NCBI GenBank assembly: GCA_002418775.1 | Contig: DIEU01000058.1 | Span: 24,224-88,223, forward strand | Length of the DNA stretch: 64,000 bases | DNA from: Firmicutes bacterium UBA5766 | Lineage (GTDB): Bacteria > Bacillota > Desulfotomaculia > Desulfotomaculales > Nap2-2B | Direction: 5' to 3' | Shown: positions 16,765 through 27,796 of the stretch, one piece after another | Numbering within the stretch: position 1 is the first letter of the stretch | Layout: every line of letters starts with the position of its first letter | Position numbers and translations under genes: made by a program | The notes under the pieces: generated by a model | Database searches by the model: none | Told to the model about the DNA's origin: nothing | Seen by the model: the letters and a program-made list of their open reading frames with translations, nothing else

Positions 16765-19317
16765 CTACTGAACTTGGGCTGTTACGGGGATCTCACTCGA
16801 CGTAATACTTACCTTCGAACCCGGAATCAAGAATTTTAACTGTTGAAATGCCTGGCTGAATGATTGATCTATCGCCGTTGCCTTTTCCAGGAAATCTTTT
16901 GATTCCTGTTCTTTCCCCTGATTATCTTTAAGCAGGGCCAGCCAGAGAAAAGCCTCGCCTTTGTTCTGGTCATCCGCAGCGGCATTTTGTAAATACTTTT
17001 CGGCCTCGGCTAGATTGCCTAGAAGCAAGTATGATTGACCTTCATATAGCTGTATACCAGGAGTGACAGACAACATGGGACCATCTCTCCACAACTTTTT
17101 TTCATCCGCGCTCAGGCCGGACAACCGGTTATTTATAAGCGAAGGCACTTTGAGAGTCTCCTGTAGATACGACCGGGCTGATTCTTTCTTACCCTGAGAA
17201 AGTTCAGATCTTCCAATAGCGGCACAAGTTTTGGCAAGATTCTCATAACCTGAAATGTTATACGGAGCGAGTTCTATCGCCTGTTTGGCATAGCTTAATG
17301 ACTGGTCGAACTTTCCCGTATACGCAGATAAGGTAGACAGATCCTGTTTGCAGGAAGAGCTGTAACGGCTCAACTGAGAAGCGCGGCGGGCTTCATCTGA
17401 AGATTTTTGATAATTACCTTCATTGAAATAAAGACCGGCCAGTCTTAAGCGGTATTCGGCGTATAATGGGTTCCGGGCTGCGGCCAACTGAACATACTGT
17501 AATTGTTTTTGTATATTTTGTGACTGTTCTGCTGCTTTAGAAAAATACATACTGGCTGATGCAAGACTCATTCCCAACAAAAAGAATAACAAGCAAGCAA
17601 ATGAAGAAACACTTAATATAACCGGGTTTAGGGGTTTTGAATTTCTTGCTGAGACAGCCGGTTGTTTCCCGGATTCGTCGGCCTTCCGGCGCTTCTTTCT
17701 TCTGCTGGCGCTTTCCTTAATTTCTTTAGATTGTCTCCCTGATAAATCCGGCAACACTAGCTGACCTTGATCAAAGACCTGATCAGCCTTGGGCATGGTT
17801 TCCAAAGACCGCATACAGGCAAATAACATCCACAGAGCCATAGTTAAGGCGGATAAAGAAAGGTTAAAATCTATTAAGGCATGTCCACCGGCCACAACAG
17901 CGCCGGCAAACAACGATACAGCCAGTATCCGGCGATTACTGTCCGGCGGTGACGTGCGGTAAACGCGGTGACCCGTCCAAAGAAACACCGCCCAAATGCC
18001 CAAAATAACCAGCAGTCCTATAATCCCTGTCTCGACAGCTACTTGAAAGTAGTAACTGTGCACTTGTGTAGAATTATATAAGTAATTCTGGAAGGAACGA
18101 TAGGCCTCTTCCCATCCCCCTCCTCCCCAACCGAGCAAGGGGCGGGCTTTAATCATGTCCAGCGCATCCTGGACAAAGTAGAACCTTTCAAAAGCATTCC
18201 GCAAGTAACTGAAAGAAGCTATCTGCTTGATCAATCCCGGATTCAAGGCTGCGCCAACTGCTGCAGCAGCTATGATTACAATTCCCGTACCCGCCAGGGT
18301 CCATTTCGTCTTCTGACGGGATTTCAACCACGTAAGCATACCCTTGTCCAGCATAAAGTTATATAAATACTGTAAAACGGCAAGGACAACCAACCCTGCA
18401 AAGAACCACAGCCATGCAAGACCCATCCGCTTGGCCTGAGCGAGTATGACAAATTTGTAGATGACCGGGTAGGCGATAATACCGGGAACAAGCACATTGA
18501 TCAGTACAGGCAGGCGTTTGGACCAGTCAAGTATCACAAGATAAACAATAAATACAACCGCTGCCACCAAGAGGCCTGCGCGTGACTTGGCTCCAAAAAG
18601 GACAACCAGAAGAGTAAAATTGATTAAGATATAGAGGTAACCATACAGCTTTATTTTTTGGAGCCACCCCGGCAGTATTTGCTTAAGAAAACGGTCATTA
18701 ATAGTATCTGATATGGTCAGAGCGCCGTATCTTTGCCAGAAATATAAACCCAGAAACAAAGCTATAGCCAGGTAACTTGAAAGGGCGTTCGGATATTGGA
18801 AAGTCGAATAGATCCTGCTGTATAAAAAGCCATCCTTAATATAGACCAGGCCGGTGGCGGTTGCCAATCCTGCAATGGCCACACCGAAAGCTGCCAGATA
18901 AACAGCGTTCAGCATCTGGTGCAGAGATCTTTCATCTTTAATCAACTGCACAACCAGCCAGTAAACAGAAAAGTAAAGGATATTTTTGATAAATTCATCA
19001 AGAGCCAACCCGTAATTAGCCGCATTGACCGCAGAAAACAGATATACTACGGGAAAGGCTGCAATTAAATAATCAAGTGGATATGACAAAAAGGTATATT
19101 CTCTTTCTGAGTGTTTCCAAAGCCAGGCAAACCAAACCAGGATGGATGCCAAGATAAGAAAAAACTGCTGGTCAGTGTTAAAAAACAGACCTCTGAAAAA
19201 GGGCGCCAGAACAAGGATACCCGCCAAACCCCAAAAAGCGACCTGGTGAGTCCATGGCTTGGGGATTACGGATACAGACTGAGTTCCTTGTCCTGCCTTG
19301 AGCGTAGCTTTTGCCAT
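16765..19317 (-). CDS. O-antigen ligase (Wzy_C)-like polytopic membrane protein fused to C-terminal TPR repeats
   Basis: About 12 TM segments with the ligase-type loop (GWGGGGWEEAYRSF...QVHSYYFQVAVETGIIGL). These are followed by a Lys/Arg-rich linker, one more TM segment and about 250 aa of TPR-like repeats. Confidence 0.75.
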   Translation of the reverse strand: MAKATLKAGQGTQSVSVIPKPWTHQVAFWGLAGILVLAPFFRGLFFNTDQQFFLILASILVWFAWLWKHSEREYTFLSYPLDYLIAAFPVVYLFSAVNAANYGLALDEFIKNILYFSVYWLVVQLIKDERSLHQMLNAVYLAAFGVAIAGLATATGLVYIKDGFLYSRIYSTFQYPNALSSYLAIALFLGLYFWQRYGALTISDTINDRFLKQILPGWLQKIKLYGYLYILINFTLLVVLFGAKSRAGLLVAAVVFIVYLVILDWSKRLPVLINVLVPGIIAYPVIYKFVILAQAKRMGLAWLWFFAGLVVLAVLQYLYNFMLDKGMLTWLKSRQKTKWTLAGTGIVIIAAAAVGAALNPGLIKQIASFSYLRNAFERFYFVQDALDMIKARPLLGWGGGGWEEAYRSFQNYLYNSTQVHSYYFQVAVETGIIGLLVILGIWAVFLWTGHRVYRTSPPDSNRRILAVSLFAGAVVAGGHALIDFNLSLSALTMALWMLFACMRSLETMPKADQVFDQGQLVLPDLSGRQSKEIKESASRRKKRRKADESGKQPAVSARNSKPLNPVILSVSSFACLLFFLLGMSLASASMYFSKAAEQSQNIQKQLQYVQLAAARNPLYAEYRLRLAGLYFNEGNYQKSSDEARRASQLSRYSSSCKQDLSTLSAYTGKFDQSLSYAKQAIELAPYNISGYENLAKTCAAIGRSELSQGKKESARSYLQETLKVPSLINNRLSGLSADEKKLWRDGPMLSVTPGIQLYEGQSYLLLGNLAEAEKYLQNAAADDQNKGEAFLWLALLKDNQGKEQESKDFLEKATAIDQSFSQAFQQLKFLIPGSKVSITSSEIPVTAQVQ

Positions 19318-19417
19318 CTATTACAATACCCCTTCAATAAATTATTGATTTATTAAGGATATTTCTCCGGCCTTTGACAGTATTCCTGCTGATAAAACAT
19401 TTTTTGTGGGAATTAGG

Positions 19418-20197
19418 AATTAGGGGGACACCATACTAAATATTTTATTTTTATCCTTGAAAACTATCCCTATAATATAGTATGATTAAGTTATGGCCAG
19501 GATAGCACGCATTGTGGCCCCCGGCGTGCCCCATCACGTTACTTAGCGGGGCAACCGGCGGCAGCAAACATTCTTTTGCGACGAGGACTACAAAGCCTAC
19601 CTGCATCTGCTGGCACAATGGTGTTCCCAGTGGAGAATGGAGGTTTGGGCGTATTGCCTGATGCCCAACCACATCCATCTCATCGTCGTGCCGCCGTCGA
19701 AAGAGGCTTTAACCAGGGCGATTGCGGAAACTCATCGCCGCTACACCAGCCGGGTGAACTTACGGGAATGCTGGAGGGGACACTTGTGGCAAGGGCGCTT
19801 TTCTTCGTTTCCGCTGAGTGAGACTCACCTGTACTCCGCGGTCCGCTACGTAGAACGTAATCCCGTTCGGGCCGGACTGGTCAAAGAGCCCTGGCAGTAT
19901 CCCTGGAGCAGCGCCGCGGCTCACCTTGCGGGGTGTGAAGACCGGTTGGTGCGGGTCGGGCCGTTACTGGAGATGTTTGGAGACTGGCGAGAATACCTGA
20001 TCCGGGACATTCCGGAAGAGGACGTTCAGGTATTGCGACGTCACGAACGGACGGGACGACCGCTTGGCGACGAGAATTTTCTTGCCGGCCTGGAGGAAGC
20101 GCTGGGACAGAGTTTGCAACCGCGCAAAAGAGGACCCCGACGAAAGGATTAAGCAAGAGTAACAGGGTATATAATTTAGTATGGTGTCCCCTTAATT
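19418..20197 (+). mobile_element. RAYT/IS200-like unit: degenerate Y1 transposase gene flanked by 24-bp inverted repeats
   Basis: IR-L at 19418-19441 is AATTAGGGGGACACCATACTAAAT. The reverse complement of IR-R at 20174-20197 is AATTAAGGGGACACCATACTAAAT, a 23/24 match. The repeats bracket the transposase ORF. Confidence 0.7.
19493..20152 (+). pseudogene. REP-associated tyrosine transposase (RAYT, IS200/IS605 Y1 family) with an in-frame TAG at codon 18
   Basis: My translation from ATG 19493 is MARIARIVAPGVPHHVT*RGNRRQQTFFCDEDYKAYLHLLAQWCSQWRMEVWAYCLMPNHIHLIVVP... The stop at 19544-19546 falls where the family motif HHVTQRGN has Gln (CAG to TAG). The track ORF 19637..20152 is the in-frame remainder. 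Confidence 0.8.
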
Positions 20198-21573
20198 AAC
20201 GCATATAGTTTCAAGACCAGTCTGATTAAAGGAGATCTTAATTCCCTCTGCAGTCTTCTGTATTCCTCACGTGAATTGATTAAATCCTGTTGAAGGAAAC
20301 GGAGGGAATGCCCCAAATCCTCCTCATTTCTTAAAGCTTCCTGCAGACTGTTGTTTAAGGTGTCTATCTCCTCCTGCAGTATAACTTCTTTCTTGCCGGT
20401 CACCTCTTTTGTGCGTTCGAGTTTCTGGCGCAATTCAATTATTTCTGTCTGCAGTTCGGCTACCTTTGTGGTATGCCGCTCTTTTAACTCAGCCAGACGG
20501 GTTTTATTTTCCCTGTCCCTCTCCTGGTATTGCTGCAGCCGCGCCTGTAATGCCTCAATATTTCCCTGGGCTTGAACCAGCGCCTCTTTATACTGATATT
20601 TCTCAGCTTCTTTTTCACGCGCCTTTTTCACCCAAAGCCGGCACTGGTACAGGATGCTGTTCGCTTTCGCTTCAAGCTTGTTTATGTGCCCCCTGTACCT
20701 GAAAATCTCTTTCTTGCGCAGGTTGAGCAGCAGGTCTTTTTCCGCCATTTGGGTAACCATCTGCTCATGCTGGCCAATTTCTTCAGCCCTCAAAGCCAGA
20801 GCGGCGGCCGCTTCTTTATGAGCCAGGGCGATTTCGTCCAGCCTTTCTTTTAAGACAGACTCTCTCTTCTGCATTTGATCCCTGTATCGTGACCAGGATG
20901 CTTTTTGCCTGATTAAGACGTTCAGAAATTTTTTCATCAAGCTCTCATAAACCACGCGTAGAGTTGGATCATAGGACCAGATTCCATCCGCGACCTTTTG
21001 AAAATAGGGGAATTTGCGGAGCATGTCTTCAACGTCTTTTAATCTTGTTTGACGCCAGACAGATACAATTTCGAATACCTGCCGGGCTGACAGGCCGGCG
21101 GGATAAAGCTTCAATGACTTGATGACCATGTCTTTTAAAGAATATAAAGCCGATTCGACTTCCCATTCCGTCAGACCCCAGTGACCGTTCTTCAGTTGAA
21201 TGAAGCGGCCGTCGGAAATAAGGCTGGTCTCCTCGGCAATGATTCTTTTAAAATTTTTATTCTTGTTTTTTGCATTACCTCCCCGCATAACCTCCTTCAA
21301 GTTTAACGGCTGCTGCCTTTTTAAAAGAAGAGCGTAAAAGGCGTCGTTTTCCCGCCTGCCTTCAAGATTCAAACGCCAGGAATTCTTTTGATCACGAAAG
21401 AAACAGGAATGCTGACGCAAGCACAGGATTATTTTATCTTCGACCTTTAACGGTTCATAATCCTGCATCATTTTTTGTTGAACATATGGGGTTAACTCAG
21501 CCACATTCAGGGTTTCGAAAAAAAACAGTGTTTTTTTAAGGACATCATTAAGAGAGTAAAGTTCCCCCGCCAT
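20176..21573 (-). CDS. Hypothetical protein: winged-helix/HARE-HTH-like N-terminal half + long coiled coil
   Basis: The N-terminal ~230 aa contain two ...G.W.L..W-type segments (DGRFIQLKNGHWGLTEWE; FQKVADGIWSYDP). The C-terminal ~230 aa are heptad-rich in E/K/Q/L. The preferred start is ATG 21573 (RBS AAGGTGG) rather than TTG 21606. The last five codons and the stop lie inside IR-R of the RAYT unit. Confidence 0.55.
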   Translation of the reverse strand: MAGELYSLNDVLKKTLFFFETLNVAELTPYVQQKMMQDYEPLKVEDKIILCLRQHSCFFRDQKNSWRLNLEGRRENDAFYALLLKRQQPLNLKEVMRGGNAKNKNKNFKRIIAEETSLISDGRFIQLKNGHWGLTEWEVESALYSLKDMVIKSLKLYPAGLSARQVFEIVSVWRQTRLKDVEDMLRKFPYFQKVADGIWSYDPTLRVVYESLMKKFLNVLIRQKASWSRYRDQMQKRESVLKERLDEIALAHKEAAAALALRAEEIGQHEQMVTQMAEKDLLLNLRKKEIFRYRGHINKLEAKANSILYQCRLWVKKAREKEAEKYQYKEALVQAQGNIEALQARLQQYQERDRENKTRLAELKERHTTKVAELQTEIIELRQKLERTKEVTGKKEVILQEEIDTLNNSLQEALRNEEDLGHSLRFLQQDLINSREEYRRLQRELRSPLIRLVLKLYALIKGTPY

Positions 21574-21846
21574 ATATAAACCACCTTTCCCAAGATCCTC
21601 TTCCAAATGAAATAATTTGATATAAAATAATTCAATTGGTAATTGCTACTTTCCTTTAAAATAATAGATAAATATTCCACTATTTACCTGCATAATCTGC
21701 AGAATAACGATCGGAATCTGTCCTATATCCGAATATATGTCAATATAGTTCAGGTAAATAAAAAATCCAGCAGAATATTCTTTTCCGAATAGACCAGACT
21801 GGATTTCCGGTATTAAATAATTGATACCTGTTATTTATTTTGTTTT

Positions 21847-23325
<1,479 letters not shown>

Positions 23326-23354
23326 TTAATCAAATTTGGTTTTTATTATAGCAT

Positions 23355-23381
23355 AAAGGACTGGCCCCGGGCCAGTCCTTT
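23355..23381 (-). terminator. Strong hairpin between the PNPOx-family gene and guaB
   Basis: 27-nt palindrome AAAGGACTGGCC-CCG-GGCCAGTCCTTT (11-12 bp stem). On the minus strand it is followed by ATGCTATAAT, so a -10-like box for guaB overlaps the tail. Confidence 0.55.
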
Positions 23382-23402
23382 AGTTGACCAGACTTTTAAT
23401 AA

Positions 23403-23765
23403 TTAAAAAGCAAGGGCTTCATCTACATTAATTATTATTACATGGTTGATGGTCCCACGTTCTGCATATTCCTTTTTAAATTTTTCAAAAAGCTCGCCGG
23501 AAGTAACAATTTCAGCCTTGCCCCAGACGCGCCACCCTTTTCTGGTTGCAGGATCAAAAGCCGTGGCAGATATAAAGGGGTTCTCCTGCAGATTTTTTAC
23601 AGTGCGCGGCGATCTCAAGTTGACAAAAGCCAAACGTTCGTCATCAAGAAGGCGCAGCGAGCCTTTCAAGGAAACATTCGGCATGCAGTTCTTATCAGCG
23701 GTCGCCACCAGGGCCGGTTTATAGTCGCCAATAGCTTTAACAACTTCCTCTGACATTTTAGCCAT
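23403..23765 (-). CDS. Pyridoxamine 5'-phosphate oxidase-family (FMN-binding split barrel) protein
   Basis: 120 aa. The PALVATADKNCMPNVSLKGSLR...LAFVNLRSPRTVKNLQENP pattern is typical of small PNPOx-like proteins. Confidence 0.7.
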   Translation of the reverse strand: MAKMSEEVVKAIGDYKPALVATADKNCMPNVSLKGSLRLLDDERLAFVNLRSPRTVKNLQENPFISATAFDPATRKGWRVWGKAEIVTSGELFEKFKKEYAERGTINHVIIINVDEALAF

Positions 23766-23966
23766 CCAAACTATCCCTCCTTAATTATTTTGGAAAAAAG
23801 ATTTCCCCCCTTTAATAAATTAGCGGCCGGGCATCACCAAAGCCTCCCCGCTTAAGATAAGCTGGTCATTCTGATTTTTACAGGTTGTCTTTAAACGAAT
23901 TTTCTTCTACAAGTATAAAGTCAGGCAACAAACAGTGTCAATGTTTGACGTTAAATCCTTGAACGC

Positions 23967-25190
23967 TTAGTTCCTGTACCTCCTGCCCAGCCGGCGTTTC
24001 CTGCGTTTGGCGACGCAATAAACCTCACGGGCGGCAAATGTTAACAGCAGGCTGGCGATCAAAATGATTACACTCTTTTCCGGCAAACTTTTTACCGGTT
24101 CCTTGACAAAAAGCTTAACCTTTCCAACTTCCTGCCTCCCAGATGTTAAAACCAGATGGCCTATTTCCTGCCCGGCGGCCAAAGGCGCTTTAATTCCGTT
24201 GTACAGCTCAACACTGCGCTCAATTTGTTCTTTTTGCCCTTTTTGAAAGTTGTAATAAAACGAACTGCCGGTATAAACATCAACTTTTCTGACACCCCGG
24301 CTTACACCGATGGTGGTAACCTTCTCCATATTCCTGACCACTAAATCAGAAACAAAGTTATCGAAACCATAATCCAAAAGGACACCTGCATCTACATAGA
24401 GGGCGCCTGCCTGGTCATTTAGTAAGACAGCAATAAGTTCCCGGCCATTCTTTTCAGCGGCGGCTGCAAGACACTGTCCGGATTCGTTTGTGTAGCCCGT
24501 CTTTACACCTGTAGCCCCCTGGTACCGGCTCAGCAAGCGGTTATGGTTCCACAAATCCTCCTGGGGCGGACCAATGGATCTATCCGCATCCGGCCTGCTG
24601 ATTTTCTTTATGCGGGTACTTACTATTTTTCTAAAAACCGGGTTTTGCATCGCGTAGCGGGCAATCAGGGCGAGGTCATAGGCAGTGGTATAATGATTGG
24701 GATCCGTCAAACCGTGAGGATTGGTAAAATTACTGTCCAGAGCGCCTATTGATTTTGCTTTTTCATTCATCAAGTCTGCAAAATCCTCTATTGAACCGGA
24801 CAAATGCACAGCGATACTTTCGGCGGCGTCGTTTGCCGAAGCCATCAGCAGCGCATAAAGGAGATCTTCAAGCGTTAATTTCTCACCTTCCTGAAGACCT
24901 ATCCTGGAACCGTCAACCAGGCAAGCCTCTCTCATTACAGTCACCTTGTCTGACAGATTGCCCTTTTCCAAGGCAATAGCAGCAGTAAGGATCTTTGTAG
25001 TACTTGCGGGAAACATATGCCTGCTCATATTTTTTTGATAAAGCACCTGTCCGTTCCCGGCATCCATCAGGACAACCGCTTCAGCTGTTGTATCGGGCTC
25101 TTTTACGGCGGCAGCCGTCAACGGAAAAAGAAAGATATCAAGGATAAAAGAAAAACAGATAAAAAGAAAAAGACGCTTCTTTCCCGGCAT
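23967..25190 (-). CDS. D-alanyl-D-alanine carboxypeptidase (PBP5/DacB/DacF-type)
   Basis: SxxK (PASTTKILTA), SxN (MASANDA) and KTG (GVKTGYT) motifs, plus a C-terminal membrane anchor. I prefer the ATG at 25190 (RBS GGGTGA) over the track start at 25217. Confidence 0.85.
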   Translation of the reverse strand: MPGKKRLFLFICFSFILDIFLFPLTAAAVKEPDTTAEAVVLMDAGNGQVLYQKNMSRHMFPASTTKILTAAIALEKGNLSDKVTVMREACLVDGSRIGLQEGEKLTLEDLLYALLMASANDAAESIAVHLSGSIEDFADLMNEKAKSIGALDSNFTNPHGLTDPNHYTTAYDLALIARYAMQNPVFRKIVSTRIKKISRPDADRSIGPPQEDLWNHNRLLSRYQGATGVKTGYTNESGQCLAAAAEKNGRELIAVLLNDQAGALYVDAGVLLDYGFDNFVSDLVVRNMEKVTTIGVSRGVRKVDVYTGSSFYYNFQKGQKEQIERSVELYNGIKAPLAAGQEIGHLVLTSGRQEVGKVKLFVKEPVKSLPEKSVIILIASLLLTFAAREVYCVAKRRKRRLGRRYRN

Positions 25191-25319
25191 ATTCTCACCC
25201 GTTTGAATTAATTCCATAAAATTATATAGTTAAACGGAACAATAATCAATAAGCTGGATATATACTCCTTTACACGGGAAAGCTTCCAAATTTACCAACC
25301 CTGTTATATAATTTATAAG

Positions 25320-25342
25320 TTACTTTACTTTACTTTACTTTA
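25320..25342. repeat. (TTACT)x4.6 pentanucleotide repeat just upstream of the MFS gene
   Basis: Read directly: ttactttactttactttacttta, ending 20 nt before the TTG start at 25363. Confidence 0.9.
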
Positions 25343-25362
25343 ACAAGACAGGTCGTTTAACT

Positions 25363-26553
25363 TTGAGATCTTTACTATTACTGTTGTTCTTAACGGAATT
25401 TGCCCGGGGAGCGTTCTTTTATACATTTCTCCCCATCTGGATCGTCAACGATCTTTCCGTGTCTATTACAATTGCCGGGCTTACCGTATCGGCCCAATAT
25501 TTATCTGAAACTCTCTTTAAAACTATCGCAGGCTGGGAATTTGACCGTCTGGGAGGCCGTATTCTTATAGGCGGCCTGTTCCTGTCTTTGCTTTCTCTTT
25601 TAATAATCAAACTCTGGCCTGTCCCGGCTGTATTAATCGGCGGCGGCGCTCTGTTTGGTTTCGGTTTTTCCCCGGTATGGCTTGGAGTAATAAGCAGGGT
25701 TGCTCCCGCTGGAATTCCCAACAGGGCTTCACGCATCAGCATGGTTTTTTCATCCTGGATGGCCGGCGCCGGCGGAGGAATGGTCAGTATAAATTTCTTC
25801 ATGTCAAAAAGCCATGATCTTATCTACTGGCTGATCGTTACCTCGTGGGCGCTTTCTCTGCCGGTCGCCTGGTTTGCCGCTGCTAATAAAAGCAATTTGC
25901 CGGAACCAGCAGCTAAAGATCCCCAGGGATTCTTAAATGCGCTCAAGAAAATGTCCTCCAGCAACCTGACCAGACTGCTGATTCCGGGAATGTTCCTGCA
26001 GACTCTGGCAGCAGGTCTTCTCCTGCCTGTTTTACCTATTTTTGCACAAAAAAGTTTACTTCTTAGTCATAGCCAGTACGGCATCCTCCTGCTCATAGGA
26101 GGCGCTGCTACGGTTATATCGCTTTTACCAATGGGTTACCTGGCGGATCGCCTGGCTTTAAAAGCTCTGCTGGCCACGGGTTTCGGGGCAAGCAGCCTGA
26201 TGCTTATCCTGTTGACTTATTGCCATGGATTCAAGGAAAGTATTTGTGCAGCGGTACTGCTTGGTTTTTCATACGCCATGGTTCTTCCGGCCTGGAACTC
26301 GCTTTTAGCTAGAATTGTCCCTCCGGAAAGCCAGGCTACCGGATGGGGCGTATTTGCCACGATTGAGGGTCTGGGAATAACTTTTGGCCCTGCCCTGGGA
26401 GCTTTCGTAGCAGGCAGAATTGGGCTTAACGCTACTTTAATCATGACAGCCTGTGTTTTGCTGATTGCGGCATTTTTCTATTTGCTGTGTCCGTTTGAAA
26501 AGATGCTTGTTAACAAACAGCAGGGGGTATCCCTCAATGGACCTGGTTTTTGA
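25363..26553 (+). CDS. MFS transporter
   Basis: About 12 predicted TM helices in a 6+6 layout, with the loop motif EFDRLGGR between TM2 and TM3. Confidence 0.8.
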   Translation: MRSLLLLLFLTEFARGAFFYTFLPIWIVNDLSVSITIAGLTVSAQYLSETLFKTIAGWEFDRLGGRILIGGLFLSLLSLLIIKLWPVPAVLIGGGALFGFGFSPVWLGVISRVAPAGIPNRASRISMVFSSWMAGAGGGMVSINFFMSKSHDLIYWLIVTSWALSLPVAWFAAANKSNLPEPAAKDPQGFLNALKKMSSSNLTRLLIPGMFLQTLAAGLLLPVLPIFAQKSLLLSHSQYGILLLIGGAATVISLLPMGYLADRLALKALLATGFGASSLMLILLTYCHGFKESICAAVLLGFSYAMVLPAWNSLLARIVPPESQATGWGVFATIEGLGITFGPALGAFVAGRIGLNATLIMTACVLLIAAFFYLLCPFEKMLVNKQQGVSLNGPGF

Positions 26554-27796
26554 GATAATTGTCTATTTTTTATTTGTTTATGCCTTTATGCCTACCATTC
26601 TGGCCAGGATATTCCACATCGGCGCATTTTTTCAGGGATCCCGAAACGAAAATAAAGTATTCATAACTTTTGACGACGGACCTGATATCCTTTATACGCC
26701 CCGCATCCTGGACATTTTAAAAGAAACTCGAACCAAAGCCTGCTTTTTTGTCCTTGGGAAAAAGGCCAGGGCACATCCCGAAATTCTCCAACGCATCCAG
26801 GCGGAGGGGCATGAAATAGAAAGCCACGGATACGACCATAAATTTCCCTGGTTTCTCAGCCCGTTGGGCACAAAAAAAGATTTAATGGAGACTTCCTCCA
26901 TTATTACCGAAATAACCGGCGAACCCCCGCATTTCTACAGACCGCCCTGGGGAGTCCTTAATTTATTTTCCTGGTTTTTTCTTAAAGGCCAGCAGGTCGC
27001 GCTATGGTCCTTTATGAGTTGGGACTGGACCAGAGGGTCCACGACCAGTTCAATCGCCAATCGGGTTCTTTCCAGGGTTAAGAACGGTTCAGTGCTAATT
27101 TTTCATGACAGTGACAAGACACCGGGCAGCGCTCCAAAATCCCCGGAAGCCGTTATTAAAATTCTTCCGATAGTGATTCAGGAAATAAAAAACAGGGGGC
27201 TGCAGGCAGCCGCCCTGTCAGAGCTGAGTCCTGAAAAAAAGAAAAAATTATCCTACTTTTTATTTGAAAAATGGGACCATACCGTCCTTCGTCTGATGGG
27301 CGTTAAAGACCTGTCTGACAAAGGCCGGCCAACGGTTTTCCGGATAGCGCTGCGTAAATTCAGAGGCAAACAATTACCTTTGCCGGACGGGACAATTCTC
27401 AAGAGAGGAGACCTGGTTGTAGAATTACACTTGAATAACAGCTTTTTCAAACAGTTCGGTGAAAAGAAAGAACTTTTAACGCTCGGCCTTTTAGCCAAGC
27501 AAAAAGTCATGCATGACTTGCCGGCAGTCGCAGGATGGATAGCCGCAAATCCCCGCTGCGATGAAATAAAGGCGATAACCGGCTTGACCATTATCAACCG
27601 CGGCAGTCAGCAGGCAGGATTTCACTCTTTTGATCTCCCGCCTTTAAAAGGATTACTGATCAGGCTGTACGAGAGTATCGTCGTAATAATGTTTCATCCT
27701 TCAGGATACCGCCGTATTACAAGGTATTGGAAGAAACTAATCCCGAAGCATCTCGTCATGAGTAAAAAAGAGCTCTTCAGGAAGTACCTCATTTAA
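26537..27796 (+). CDS. Polysaccharide deacetylase (NodB/CE4) with N-terminal TM and ~200-aa C-terminal extension
   Basis: FITFDDGPD, HGYDH and RPPWG are NodB motifs. The start is taken at ATG 26537 (MDLVFEIIVYFLF..), which overlaps the MFS stop by 17 nt. The track ORF begins earlier, inside the MFS gene. Confidence 0.8.
   Translation: MDLVFEIIVYFLFVYAFMPTILARIFHIGAFFQGSRNENKVFITFDDGPDILYTPRILDILKETRTKACFFVLGKKARAHPEILQRIQAEGHEIESHGYDHKFPWFLSPLGTKKDLMETSSIITEITGEPPHFYRPPWGVLNLFSWFFLKGQQVALWSFMSWDWTRGSTTSSIANRVLSRVKNGSVLIFHDSDKTPGSAPKSPEAVIKILPIVIQEIKNRGLQAAALSELSPEKKKKLSYFLFEKWDHTVLRLMGVKDLSDKGRPTVFRIALRKFRGKQLPLPDGTILKRGDLVVELHLNNSFFKQFGEKKELLTLGLLAKQKVMHDLPAVAGWIAANPRCDEIKAITGLTIINRGSQQAGFHSFDLPPLKGLLIRLYESIVVIMFHPSGYRRITRYWKKLIPKHLVMSKKELFRKYLI

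Noticed and set aside
19544-19546. The in-frame TAG in the RAYT gene as a pyrrolysine codon. Some Peptococcaceae decode UAG as Pyl.
   Set aside because: The position corresponds to a conserved Gln (HHVTQRGN) that is one transition away (CAG to TAG). No pyl genes are in the window, and Pyl is known in methylamine methyltransferases, not transposases. A nonsense mutation is the simpler reading.
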